Source: a virus
Virus record (IMG/VR): IMGVR_UViG_3300046744_000223
Location: 96,001-160,000 of that record
Reading direction: 5' to 3' (one strand)
Length of the DNA: 64,000 nt
The notes under the pieces were generated by a model. The model was not told the DNA's origin. It did not search any database and saw nothing but the letters and a program-made list of their open reading frames with translations. The position numbers and the translations under genes were made by a program. Positions 45,817 to 55,932 of the stretch are shown here, one piece after another (positions within the stretch are counted from its first letter, which is position 1; every line of letters starts with the position of its first letter).

Positions 45817-47600
45817 TACCCATCACATGAGACACAATCGGGGTCAGTAGCTCTCATAGCGATATCACCGCGGAGTACTGATTCAGTTCTCATATAATAT
45901 AGGGTTTTGATTCCTTCCTTCCAAGCTTCCATATGGACTTGATTAATCCACTTAGGACTTGCTTGAGATGGAAATGCAAGATTTAGGGAAACTGCTTGGT
46001 CGACATATTGTTGTCTGATACCTGCTTGTTTTACTAATTCCAACTGATTGATTTCTTTGAATGTTTTAAATACATCTTTCATCCAATCAACTTGCTTATT
46101 GTCGATATCAATTTGCTCGATACTTTCTTTATGTGTGAGTTTACCATTAACGTATCCCCAATTGTCCAACTCATTCAAGTCTTGGACTGAACCACCATCT
46201 TCGAGGATTTTACCCCAAGTATCTTTGTTGTTGATACCAACTTTACGTAGCGCTCTCTCCAACTCTTGATTCTTACGAATAAATGTACCCTTTGCGGTTT
46301 GTTCAGTAAATACGTTTGCAGCCCATGGTTCTATACCGGCCGAAACGTTACCACTTAACTTAGAGTTAGATACCGTTGGAGCGATAGCTCTCAAGTGAGT
46401 ATTTCTCAACCCACTACCAACACACCATAAAGGTTCTCCGTACTCATTAGCCAAATCTCTCGATGCTCTCTCAGACTCAATTTTGATTTGAGAGAATATC
46501 TTACGAGTTTCGAATTGAGCAGGTAGTCCTTCGAATGACATACCCTTTTGTTGTAAGTATGTGTGCCATCCAAGAACACCAAGTCCTAAAGCACGTCCCT
46601 TTTCAGCTGAACGTACTGAGTTCTCAAAACCTCTCATATTCTTAGCTCTCTGAATGAACTCTTCGAGTACACCATCCAAGAACCATGTTGCTGTATAGAT
46701 TAAATCGGTGTGTTTCCACTCATCGTACTTAGATAAGTTCAATGATGATAAACAACATACAAAGGAGTGTGACTCATCGGTATGTAATGTAATTTCAGAA
46801 CATATGTTAGTCATATGAACCTTCAACCCATTGTTTTTGTACATCTCAGGATTTTGTTTGTTAACATTACCCTTATACATTATATATGGCTGACCAGTTG
46901 CCTTACGTTTCTGAAGTACCTTACCCCATTTACTACGTGCTTCGGGATTACCATCTTCTAACTTTCTCATAAACTTATCACCAACGATTACACATTGATT
47001 TAAGTTCAAACATTGACGATTTACATCACCCTTTGGTTCACGAATTTCAATCCACTCATCAAAGTCATCGTGTTCAATGTTTAGATTCACCGATGCAGCA
47101 CCTCTACGTACAGCTCCTTGGTTTGTTGCAAGGATTGTAGAGTCGTAAATCTTAGCGAATGGTACTACACCATCAGATGTTCCGTTTTGAGTGATTTTAG
47201 CACCTGCTGGTCTAATCATATTGATACCAACACCTACACCACCACCATGTTTAGCAAGTAACATCAATTCAAGGTTCTTTGACCCAATCTCTTGGATAGA
47301 GTCACCTACATCAATACCAAAACAACTGATTGGTAATCCTCTATCAGTTCCGGTGTTCGATAATACAGGTGATGCTAGATTTAACCAACCCTTCCATATG
47401 TAATCAAAAAACTTTGACGCCATTTGTGGTTTGTCAAGTCTACGTGCTACTGCCGTAGCAACTCTCCAATAAGCATCTTTTGGCTTTTCACCTGATAGTA
47501 GATACCCTTTGGATATAGTCTTAACATATATTTCAGTATTTGCCCATGTTGGGAAGTCTACTCCAAGCTCCCAACCTAATTCTTCTCCGTAATTCTTCAT
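45816..47600 (-). CDS. nrdA: Ribonucleotide reductase class I alpha subunit
   Basis: SPVLSN, ISCF, TNICSEI, CCLSS, IAPT, TLYY, C-terminal CxxC. Confidence 0.95.
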   Translation of the reverse strand: MKNYGEELGWELGVDFPTWANTEIYVKTISKGYLLSGEKPKDAYWRVATAVARRLDKPQMASKFFDYIWKGWLNLASPVLSNTGTDRGLPISCFGIDVGDSIQEIGSKNLELMLLAKHGGGVGVGINMIRPAGAKITQNGTSDGVVPFAKIYDSTILATNQGAVRRGAASVNLNIEHDDFDEWIEIREPKGDVNRQCLNLNQCVIVGDKFMRKLEDGNPEARSKWGKVLQKRKATGQPYIMYKGNVNKQNPEMYKNNGLKVHMTNICSEITLHTDESHSFVCCLSSLNLSKYDEWKHTDLIYTATWFLDGVLEEFIQRAKNMRGFENSVRSAEKGRALGLGVLGWHTYLQQKGMSFEGLPAQFETRKIFSQIKIESERASRDLANEYGEPLWCVGSGLRNTHLRAIAPTVSNSKLSGNVSAGIEPWAANVFTEQTAKGTFIRKNQELERALRKVGINNKDTWGKILEDGGSVQDLNELDNWGYVNGKLTHKESIEQIDIDNKQVDWMKDVFKTFKEINQLELVKQAGIRQQYVDQAVSLNLAFPSQASPKWINQVHMEAWKEGIKTLYYMRTESVLRGDIAMRATDPDCVSCDG

Positions 47601-47606
47601 AACTTA

Positions 47607-48599
47607 TTAAAATATATCGTCCCAATCTTCACCTTCATTTGCCTTACTATAATCAGTAGGTCTCAAAGCGAAGAAGTCCGTATGTGTATGTCCACCAGTT
47701 AAGTGATAGAACCATTCTAATTGTGCTGCTGAGTCTTCATCGTATGTAAACGTTGATTCGTAACCCAACTCATTTAATTTTTCATTTAATCTTTGATTGA
47801 TAAAGTTCTTTAGGTCTTCTTTTTTAAGATTCTCTAAATCACCCATCTCAAACATCTTATCAATGTATTTGTGTTCCAATACTTGAATCAACTTTGCAGC
47901 CTCTTCGATTGAATCCTTACAATCATCTAATAGTTCAGGATATTCATTACACATATGTTTGAATAACTGACACCCCATTCTTGAGTGTAGTGACTCATCA
48001 CGTACTGACCACTTCATTTGTTGACCAATACCCTTCAACTTGTTTCTCATTTGGAATGAGTACAATACTGCAAATGATGAGTAAAGTGCAACCCCTTCGG
48101 TAAATGCTGAGAATATAGCGAGTGACCTTGCTACCTCTTTACGAGCTTCTGAATTATTCTTCAAATCTTCGGAAGTGTAATTGTTTGTAACTTCAGCCAA
48201 GTTCTCAAAACGTTCAGCAGTAGCAGGTTCGTGTAAGAATGCCTCAAAGTCTTCCAATCCAAGTGACTCATTCAAATATGAATATGCAGTTGCATGAATG
48301 GTCTCTTGTGAACCGAACATCATAGCCATTTGCTTAATCTCATGCTTTGGAAACCAATTAGTGACCATAGTAGTCCAATAATCAGATACAGCACATTCCG
48401 TTTGTGCAAATCCAAGTAGGATATTACCCACTAAGTTCTTTTCTTCGGCGGTTAGATTTTCATTCCAATCCTTAATATCACCTTGCATTGGTATTTCGGT
48501 ATGTAACCAAAAAGCTTGTGCTTGTTTCAACCAACCTTCGGTGTAATATTCTGGATATTCAAATGGTTTGAATGGTACTCGATTATCAAATAGACCCAT
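47607..48599 (-). CDS. nrdB: Ribonucleotide reductase class I beta subunit
   Basis: FW, QETIH..AY, EG..LYSSF, RDESLH, DFF...TDY. Confidence 0.95.
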   Translation of the reverse strand: MGLFDNRVPFKPFEYPEYYTEGWLKQAQAFWLHTEIPMQGDIKDWNENLTAEEKNLVGNILLGFAQTECAVSDYWTTMVTNWFPKHEIKQMAMMFGSQETIHATAYSYLNESLGLEDFEAFLHEPATAERFENLAEVTNNYTSEDLKNNSEARKEVARSLAIFSAFTEGVALYSSFAVLYSFQMRNKLKGIGQQMKWSVRDESLHSRMGCQLFKHMCNEYPELLDDCKDSIEEAAKLIQVLEHKYIDKMFEMGDLENLKKEDLKNFINQRLNEKLNELGYESTFTYDEDSAAQLEWFYHLTGGHTHTDFFALRPTDYSKANEGEDWDDIF

Positions 48600-48657
48600 A
48601 GGGATTCCTTGTTAAATTGTTAGACATTATGTTAATTGGGGTGGTAATATATAGTCT

Positions 48658-50016
48658 CTAAAAACCGATATCACCACTCATTTCTTTATATTTTTGTGCC
48701 AATTCTTTTCTTACTAAACTCTCCCCTTGTTTCATATCTTTTTGAGTTTGTCTACCATTTATAGAATCCTCATTATATATGTGAATTTGGCCAGTTGAGA
48801 AGTTTGCTTTGGATGGGAATGTCATACCATCAGGTCCAAATCTATTCTTAATTACGTGCCATCTACCAGTTCCAGCGAGTTTATCTTCAATCTTACGAGA
48901 TAATGATACCACAAAATCAGCAGTCATCATCTTGGAGAATGACCCAGCAATCTTAGTACCTGTAATGATGTCATCTTCTGCACCACTTCTATTAATCTGA
49001 GATGCTGTAAAGACTGGAACTTCATACTCACCTGCCAAACCTCGTAGGTCTTCAATAATTTCTTCCAACTCCTCGTGTCTTTTTTCTTTTTGTGGCCCTC
49101 TTAAAAGGTCAGCGTAATCCACGATAACCAAATCCGGCTTCTTACCTTGTAAGGTCATCTTATCCATATGTGCTTTTAACGAAGTTACACCAGCTGTTTT
49201 AGTTGGATAGTGTTTGATTACCAAGTCACCTTTTACATTTTCAACTGCCTTTTGGACATCCTCCATATTATACTTTAGGTTAGCAACTGCTACACCACTC
49301 AAAACAGCATCATATCGCTGACCCGTATATCCTTCATTTAATTCCAACGTATAATGAGCTACTGTTTTACCGGCTTTCATAGCATTGACACCAATATTAA
49401 CTAATGCCCAAGACTTACCAATTCCAGGAGGAGCTGCGAATAAAATTAACTCACCTTTACCAAATCCACCTTGAGTTATTTCGTCAACGACATCCCATCC
49501 AGTCGAAACTACATTACGGACTGTATCTTCGTATCTATCCGTAATCATTATTTTATAGTCGTGTCCAATATCCGAATCCTGACCGGCTTTCATAGCAGTA
49601 TCAATGTTCTTCTTTATGGTCTCGTATCTTCCATCCTCTAATAGTGTTACCGAATCTAATATTGCATTCTTAATGGATTGGTTCTTACAAAAGTCTAAAA
49701 CTTGGTCTTTAACATACGAAAGGTCATCACTATCTAAGTGATTCCATGCATACTTTAAGGTGTCTACTACTGATGTTTTTAAAACATCTCGTTCAATGGA
49801 ATTGACTTTAACTTTTAAGACATCTAATGTTGGCATGGTCTCATACTCATCAAAGTGCTTCATGATGTTGGTTACCAACCATTCAGATGCTTCAGAGTCA
49901 AAGTATTCCGGCTTTAGTATATCGTAGATTTGACGTGTAAACGGCCTATCGGATATTATAGCAGATATTACCTTATTTTGAAATGATGTACTAAATTTAC
50001 TTCCTAACTTCTCCAT
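48658..50016 (-). CDS. Replicative DnaB-like helicase (gp41-like)
   Basis: APPGIGKS, TLE, VDYADL, TASQINR, KNRFG. Confidence 0.9.
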   Translation of the reverse strand: MEKLGSKFSTSFQNKVISAIISDRPFTRQIYDILKPEYFDSEASEWLVTNIMKHFDEYETMPTLDVLKVKVNSIERDVLKTSVVDTLKYAWNHLDSDDLSYVKDQVLDFCKNQSIKNAILDSVTLLEDGRYETIKKNIDTAMKAGQDSDIGHDYKIMITDRYEDTVRNVVSTGWDVVDEITQGGFGKGELILFAAPPGIGKSWALVNIGVNAMKAGKTVAHYTLELNEGYTGQRYDAVLSGVAVANLKYNMEDVQKAVENVKGDLVIKHYPTKTAGVTSLKAHMDKMTLQGKKPDLVIVDYADLLRGPQKEKRHEELEEIIEDLRGLAGEYEVPVFTASQINRSGAEDDIITGTKIAGSFSKMMTADFVVSLSRKIEDKLAGTGRWHVIKNRFGPDGMTFPSKANFSTGQIHIYNEDSINGRQTQKDMKQGESLVRKELAQKYKEMSGDIGF

Positions 50017-50023
50017 ATAGTTA

Positions 50024-50055
50024 CTAATATACGACTTTAATTTGAACTATCCAAA
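50024..50055 (-). promoter_or_regulatory. TTTG-N20-TATATTAG promoter
   Basis: Exact motif upstream of helicase. Confidence 0.75.
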
Positions 50056-50056
50056 C

Positions 50057-50599
50057 TTAATTTAGTAAAAGAGGGGCTTTATGTATGTAACCCTCTTCAC
50101 GCCTCGTAATATGTTTTTGAAATGGATAGTGTATGGTATGCATATACAGCCCATCTACTTCTACAAGATTACTTAAATCCTGTGGATTACCATTGTTTTT
50201 AAAATTATTACTAAGTCTATAACAATCATGATACTCTTCATAACCCCCATATTTTGAATACAAATGTACAGGCCATAATTTTCTTTGAAAATGAAAATCA
50301 ACAAAAACTCTAAGTTCAAATGAAATTTTCATAACTGTTTCGGCAATTTCCTTAATTTTAACAGGATCATATTCTCCTATAATAGCAAGGTCAATATCCC
50401 AAGATACCCACTCTTCTAATAAACCACCAACTACATATAGCTGATATTCTGATATATATTTTGATTCCGATAAACTCCTATCTATTAATGTTTTAAATAG
50501 AGGGTGTTCGGGACCACCTATACCATACCAACCAACTTCTTTAAGGTTATGATACTCAATAGTACCTTCCCATACTTCAGTTCTTAAATCAGGATTCAT
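50057..50599 (-). CDS. Putative Pol-beta-superfamily nucleotidyltransferase
   Basis: YVVGG......WDIDL..., third acid VDF. Confidence 0.55.
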   Translation of the reverse strand: MNPDLRTEVWEGTIEYHNLKEVGWYGIGGPEHPLFKTLIDRSLSESKYISEYQLYVVGGLLEEWVSWDIDLAIIGEYDPVKIKEIAETVMKISFELRVFVDFHFQRKLWPVHLYSKYGGYEEYHDCYRLSNNFKNNGNPQDLSNLVEVDGLYMHTIHYPFQKHITRREEGYIHKAPLLLN

Positions 50600-51638
50600 T
50601 AACATGGTTTTTTAAATAACCATCTAATAAAGTAAATGAATTACGTAACCATGAATCTACGTTTGAAAATGCAGTATATAATTTGTCATACATAAACATC
50701 TTCTTAAATTCTGGCACATCCAAAGTTGCCTCTTGTTCATCCATAATCTCTCTAACCTTAGATTTGATTGAAGATGAGATTTCAGGATCTTTAAGTTGCA
50801 TTAGATTGTAATTCATTTCGAGAGTTGTTACATTCTCAATCAACTTTTGTGATAGTTTATCATCACACTCAGTTTTGATTTTAGATATGAATGTGTCCAT
50901 TTCAAGAACCTCATCATTTAGGAATGTCATCTTATTAAGAATGGTTTTAGGACCAACACCACGGACACCCTCAATGTTATCAGATTTATCACCCTCAATC
51001 ATACGATAAAATACAAGATTTTGTGGTTTAACACCATAATCCTTCATTACAAGTTCTTCGTCATACATTTTCTTCTTAGTTGGAGCGTATACCTTGATTC
51101 GGTGATTTACCAATTGTAAAAAGTCTTTGTCTGATGAGATGATTGTAACGTTTTTCTTAAAGTAGTGATTTGCGAGATATGCCATGATATCATCAGCTTC
51201 TACATAATCAATATAGGTAAGAGAGATAGGTAAGACTTGGAGATACTCAATCAATCGTGTGAATTGATTTCTCATTGACACTTGTTGGTCCTCCAAATCT
51301 TCGTATCCAGCCAATCTATTGATTTTAGTCAGACCAGTACGACCTTCCTTATAACCCTTATACATTGACTTTCTACGATTAGACCCACCTTTACCATCAA
51401 ACACGATAACGACACGTGTAGGTTTCAATCTTCGGATGGTTGCAGCGGTGGACAAGAGAAATCCTGTCACACCACCACAATGTTCTCCATCATCATTCAA
51501 CGCAGGTACTGCCCCAAATACTCTGATAAATTGATTTAATCCATCTATGATTAGAACGTTATCATTTAGACTTTCGTCTTTAACTTCACTATGTTCTTTA
51601 CTCACCTCATTGAGGAGTTCTGCGTATCTACTATGCAT
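50589..51638 (-). CDS. 5'-3' exonuclease / flap endonuclease (T4 RNase H-like)
   Basis: IIDG.N, VFDG, YK..R, EADD, SSDKDF.QL, GDKSDNI.GV.GVGPKT. Confidence 0.92.
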   Translation of the reverse strand: MHSRYAELLNEVSKEHSEVKDESLNDNVLIIDGLNQFIRVFGAVPALNDDGEHCGGVTGFLLSTAATIRRLKPTRVVIVFDGKGGSNRRKSMYKGYKEGRTGLTKINRLAGYEDLEDQQVSMRNQFTRLIEYLQVLPISLTYIDYVEADDIMAYLANHYFKKNVTIISSDKDFLQLVNHRIKVYAPTKKKMYDEELVMKDYGVKPQNLVFYRMIEGDKSDNIEGVRGVGPKTILNKMTFLNDEVLEMDTFISKIKTECDDKLSQKLIENVTTLEMNYNLMQLKDPEISSSIKSKVREIMDEQEATLDVPEFKKMFMYDKLYTAFSNVDSWLRNSFTLLDGYLKNHVNES

Positions 51639-52761
51639 CGAAATCTTCTACTTCTACGTTATCTATATTTGCCTCTTCACTTGATTTTTTGTAAGACATA
51701 ATATATGCATCACAAATTTGAGAATAAATTGACTCTTTTAGTTCGGGTCTCTCTTGTAGGAGGTCTTCGAAATTCTTGGCTTGGAACTTAATCTCCTCAC
51801 CAGTCTCTTTATCCGCGTAAGTGTACCAAGCACCACTTTGGTCAATCAGTTTATAACTCTTCATCATTTGTAACCAAGAACCATAATTATCGATACCCCT
51901 ATCAAAGTAAATATCGTAATCTACCGAACGAAGTGGTGGCCCCATTCTATTCTTAACTACTTGAGCACGAGTCTTAATACCAACCACTTGGTCTACACCA
52001 CCTACTTTGGATTTTAACTGACCCATTTGTTTCAGTCTCAATCTACACGATGAGTGGAAAGCAATTGCCTTACCACCACTCGTTGTCCAAGGGTCACCAA
52101 ATGATACACCTAAACGTGTTCTCAATTGATTGGTGAAGATTAGTGAAATTCGTTCTCGTCCAATAAGATTAGTTACCTTTCTCATTGCCTTCGAGATGAT
52201 GATAGCTTTCTGAGTTGCGTAACCTGCTTGGTCATAATCTGCTGATATCTCAACTTTAGTAGATGCACCTGCTACGGAGTCAACTACGATTGTAACCAAT
52301 TTCTTCTTATCAGAAGAACGTACTGATTCAATAATTGAATCAATTGCTTCAAAGATGTCTTCCACTGTTTCTAATGGAACATATAACATCTTTTTGACAT
52401 CAACACCAATTGCTTCTAAGAACTCTTGATTCATTGCGTTCTCGGTATCTATATAGACTCCAAGACCACCTTTCTTCTGAGTGTCTGCAATTGAGTGAGC
52501 TGCCAATAGTGATTTACCACTACCTTCTAATCCTGTAATCTCAGTGATACGACCTACTGGTAATCCACCATTTGGTCGGTTTGAGATTGCTAAATCCAAC
52601 ATAGGGGAGCCAGTCGATACCCACTCATCTAAGTCGGTAGGAGTTGTCTCCGCCCCATCCAAGAAGAAAGCCACCTTATTGGCGGACTTAAACTTCTTGT
52701 TTAGGTTGGTAGCGAGGATAGAAGATAGCTCATCACGTGAACTTGCCTTCTTCTTAGCCAT
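51631..52761 (-). CDS. recA: RecA/UvsX recombinase
   Basis: GLEGSGKS, IDTE, VDSV, NQLR, TTSGG.A..F, KNR. Confidence 0.92.
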   Translation of the reverse strand: MAKKKASSRDELSSILATNLNKKFKSANKVAFFLDGAETTPTDLDEWVSTGSPMLDLAISNRPNGGLPVGRITEITGLEGSGKSLLAAHSIADTQKKGGLGVYIDTENAMNQEFLEAIGVDVKKMLYVPLETVEDIFEAIDSIIESVRSSDKKKLVTIVVDSVAGASTKVEISADYDQAGYATQKAIIISKAMRKVTNLIGRERISLIFTNQLRTRLGVSFGDPWTTSGGKAIAFHSSCRLRLKQMGQLKSKVGGVDQVVGIKTRAQVVKNRMGPPLRSVDYDIYFDRGIDNYGSWLQMMKSYKLIDQSGAWYTYADKETGEEIKFQAKNFEDLLQERPELKESIYSQICDAYIMSYKKSSEEANIDNVEVEDFDA

Positions 52762-52766
52762 ACTGA

Positions 52767-53528
52767 TTAGTCGTTAAATAAATCGTCAAATGCATCTTTT
52801 ACATTAGATGCGGGAGAAGTTGATTGAGTTGGTTGAGATGTTTCAGCAACTGGCTGTTCTTTAGTATCTGATACTTCACCAGTTTCTAACCATTCTTTCA
52901 ACATACCTTCCATTTCTTCATATGTTACTTTTTTGAACATACCTGGAAGTTCAATCTGCTCTTTAGATGATTCAATAATGTTTGAATCCTCAGAAATTGC
53001 AGTTGTGTTTGGTTTTACACGGATGTAGGTCTCAGGATAAGACTTACCCAATTCAGCAGCTGTTTTGAATTCTACTGTTACATCACGACCATTTACAGGA
53101 TCGGTCAAATCACCATAATCAGGATCTGCGAAGAACCCTAATAGTTCTTGGTAAACGTTTTTACCAAATCCCCAAAACTTAACACCTTCAGACTCTTCAC
53201 CACGAACCAATACTGGTACGTATGTTCTCATCTTAGGAGTTAATTTACGAGACAATTGGTAATCATCACGATTTCCAGTTGCTTTCAACTTTTCAGCGAA
53301 TTCCAATAAAGGGTCAGCCTCACCAAATGAACTTGGAGAGATGATGTTTTTACCACCAAAACCAAAGTGGAAGTAAAGTTCAATAAACGGATTCGAAGCG
53401 TTGTGGGTGTAAGGTAAAATACGGATTTGTTGTTTACCTGGTTGTGGTTTCCAAAGATTATCAGTCTTTGTTACTTTTGTTTGAAGCGTGTTCAAACGAT
53501 TGCGGATTGCATTTAAATCAATAGCCAT
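52767..53528 (-). CDS. Single-stranded DNA-binding protein (gp32-like)
   Basis: IRILP, DYGDLTDP..GRD, acidic tail DAFDDLFND. Confidence 0.8.
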   Translation of the reverse strand: MAIDLNAIRNRLNTLQTKVTKTDNLWKPQPGKQQIRILPYTHNASNPFIELYFHFGFGGKNIISPSSFGEADPLLEFAEKLKATGNRDDYQLSRKLTPKMRTYVPVLVRGEESEGVKFWGFGKNVYQELLGFFADPDYGDLTDPVNGRDVTVEFKTAAELGKSYPETYIRVKPNTTAISEDSNIIESSKEQIELPGMFKKVTYEEMEGMLKEWLETGEVSDTKEQPVAETSQPTQSTSPASNVKDAFDDLFND

Positions 53529-53567
53529 AATACTACTCTTTTTAATTATTAATTGTTAACTATGTCA

Positions 53568-53599
53568 CTAATATACAACATTTGGGTGACAAAACCAAA
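53568..53599 (-). promoter_or_regulatory. TTTG-N20-TATATTAG promoter
   Basis: Exact motif upstream of SSB. Confidence 0.75.
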
Positions 53600-53669
53600 T
53601 GTATTCTAAAATATTTTATTTTTTATTTTGTTGTTGTACTTTCGTACTCATATAAATATGGCGCTGGAG

Positions 53670-54056
53670 TTAATTAACGTCAATAATTCGGAATAAACTC
53701 GTCTTCATTACCTTAAACCCATCACCATCTGTAAGTATAAGTGAATTCCTATATTTGTTCCAATCTACTTGATACGATTTATCTAAATACCCACCATTTT
53801 CAGATGTTATTAATGTATTCAGTGAATTTATTGTGTACATGGTATTCGATTCCTTCTTTCTATGTACCATAATCGTAGCTGGTAAAAATTTAACACCATT
53901 TGGTACTATATTATAACTTATTACCAACTCATTTGATGGTTTTAATTTTAGAACAAATATCTTACGGCTAAATATTTCATATGCCGATAATATATGTTTT
54001 ACCATATCTTCGAATTCACTCTCAGTTGAAAATGTACATAATAATTGTGTTCTCAC
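53670..54056 (-). CDS. Conserved hypothetical phage protein
   Basis: QLLCTF, HRKKESNTMYTIN.LN motifs. Confidence 0.7.
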   Translation of the reverse strand: MRTQLLCTFSTESEFEDMVKHILSAYEIFSRKIFVLKLKPSNELVISYNIVPNGVKFLPATIMVHRKKESNTMYTINSLNTLITSENGGYLDKSYQVDWNKYRNSLILTDGDGFKVMKTSLFRIIDVN

Positions 54057-54066
54057 CCATATCTCC

Positions 54067-55920
54067 TTATTTGCCGTATACTTCGGATTGTGCTTGTTCT
54101 AATCGTTTTGCAAATGATTTTTGATTTAATTGCATTTCAAATTTAAACTGGCCACCATATCCTCGACCATCTTCTCTAATGACAATATCTGCAATTGCAA
54201 ATACTTCACCAGACTTTTCTACTTTATAGCCAATGAATGGGGGTGGCCCATCTTCAGCAACTAAGTTTTCTTTTAGTTTACTATAATCACTCGTTCCGAA
54301 TATAGTTTCCATTGTTGACTTATCCAATGAATTTGGACCGATAGCCATAGTCTCTTCACCATCACTTACAGCTTTTAACGGAAACTCATTTTTAATGGTA
54401 TTCAACATACCCTCTTTCATTTTTGGATTCTCAGTAATAGCCGTTATTGAATCAGCTTGAAATTTTCTATGTTCTTTATCATCAGCATCCACAGTAGATT
54501 GAGCGCTTTTGTTTCCGTTTTTAGCTAATTGATTAATAGCAGTCCATAGAACTTTTTGTTTAGCTCTGGAGTTACCCTGTAATGCCTCATCCAAATTCAT
54601 CTTTTTGGATTTAAGTAAATCATTTAACAATGTACCTTCGGGTGATTTTAATAACTTTTCAATTTCAGCTCTATTTTCATTAACAACTGATATATTACGA
54701 GCTCTAGCCTTATCTCTATATACGGATTGGTTAATTTCATCTGGTAGGTTTTTATCCCATTTTGAAAATTCACCAGCTCCTGAGTTTAAGAAGTTTACTT
54801 TAGTAGATTTTTTCAATGAGACCTCATCCATTACTTCAGTACCATCTGGCTTTCTAACCTTCAGATACATATCGGTTGAAAATCCTTTATTCTTTCCATA
54901 ATCCGACAATCCCATTGCTTCTACATCAGATTGTGTATCCCAAGCACCGGCTACGATTTCAACACCATCACCATATTGTTTAGTTAACCTATCCTTAATT
55001 GCTTTTCTACTTTGTGTTGCAGCCTTTACCCAAGATTTATCAACTATTTTATTTTTAGCATTTTTCAATTTTGGGTTAGCTTCATTGAATGCATCATCGT
55101 GTTTAAGGATTGAGTTAGAGAATTCATCCCACTCTTCATCACTCATAGTTGAACCCATCATAGTCATAAGTTCACCAGCTTGAGCGGATATCTGCCCAGC
55201 GCCACCTTCTATATCAGAAAAATGCCCCCATTTAGTTGCATCACCCTTTGGTTGTGTATTAAGCATACGTTCTAATGCTTTAGTGTATTTCTTAGGGAAC
55301 TTTGGATTGTCATTTAAGAAATCCGGCATTTTATATGGTTCAGGTGGGTTTGGATTTGCAAACTTTTTGTTTTTTTCCTCAAATTCAACATCATCCGGTG
55401 GTAATTCCATTTGATAAACTTCAGATTCTCGTGGGTCACCTTGTTTTAGTGCTTTATCTTTATCACCTACATACCCATTTGCTTGTTCTTTTGATTGGGA
55501 TTCGTTATCATCGGTATTAGCTTGAGCATCTTTTTCTATCTGAGTCATCATACCAATTTGGTCGGATTTTGAAAACTTAGCATCGTCTTCTTTTTCTTCC
55601 GGCGTATCATTGGTATTTCTGAGGGTATCTGCTGCTTTGTATTGAGGGGATTCTTTATCGGATGATATCGCAGTTTTATAAGTCGTGGTTTTCTTTTCAC
55701 CATCCTTATTCTTATAAGTTACTTCAGTATCAGGATCGACTTTATCATCTTTAGCTTCTAATAAGTTGATAAGTAACTCTTCTGCAATAGATTCACCTAG
55801 TATGTCTGAAACTACTTTGTATGTAGCTTTCAGTGACTCTTTGGTATGTATACCTTCATTTAAGGATACACCCACTTCGTTCCACACTTTTTTTGCTATG
55901 TAATTGATAAGTTTCTTCAT
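54067..55920 (-). CDS. Large protein with PD-(D/E)XK-like nuclease motif
   Basis: AGE...STDMYL...EVSLKK; acidic low-complexity N-terminal region. Confidence 0.5.
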   Translation of the reverse strand: MKKLINYIAKKVWNEVGVSLNEGIHTKESLKATYKVVSDILGESIAEELLINLLEAKDDKVDPDTEVTYKNKDGEKKTTTYKTAISSDKESPQYKAADTLRNTNDTPEEKEDDAKFSKSDQIGMMTQIEKDAQANTDDNESQSKEQANGYVGDKDKALKQGDPRESEVYQMELPPDDVEFEEKNKKFANPNPPEPYKMPDFLNDNPKFPKKYTKALERMLNTQPKGDATKWGHFSDIEGGAGQISAQAGELMTMMGSTMSDEEWDEFSNSILKHDDAFNEANPKLKNAKNKIVDKSWVKAATQSRKAIKDRLTKQYGDGVEIVAGAWDTQSDVEAMGLSDYGKNKGFSTDMYLKVRKPDGTEVMDEVSLKKSTKVNFLNSGAGEFSKWDKNLPDEINQSVYRDKARARNISVVNENRAEIEKLLKSPEGTLLNDLLKSKKMNLDEALQGNSRAKQKVLWTAINQLAKNGNKSAQSTVDADDKEHRKFQADSITAITENPKMKEGMLNTIKNEFPLKAVSDGEETMAIGPNSLDKSTMETIFGTSDYSKLKENLVAEDGPPPFIGYKVEKSGEVFAIADIVIREDGRGYGGQFKFEMQLNQKSFAKRLEQAQSEVYGK

Positions 55921-55932
55921 AAACATAAATAT

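Noticed and set aside
37200-52761. Inteins or introns in PolB, NrdA/B, helicase, RecA
   Set aside because: Lengths and motif spacing are normal; no intein terminal motifs or interruptions seen.
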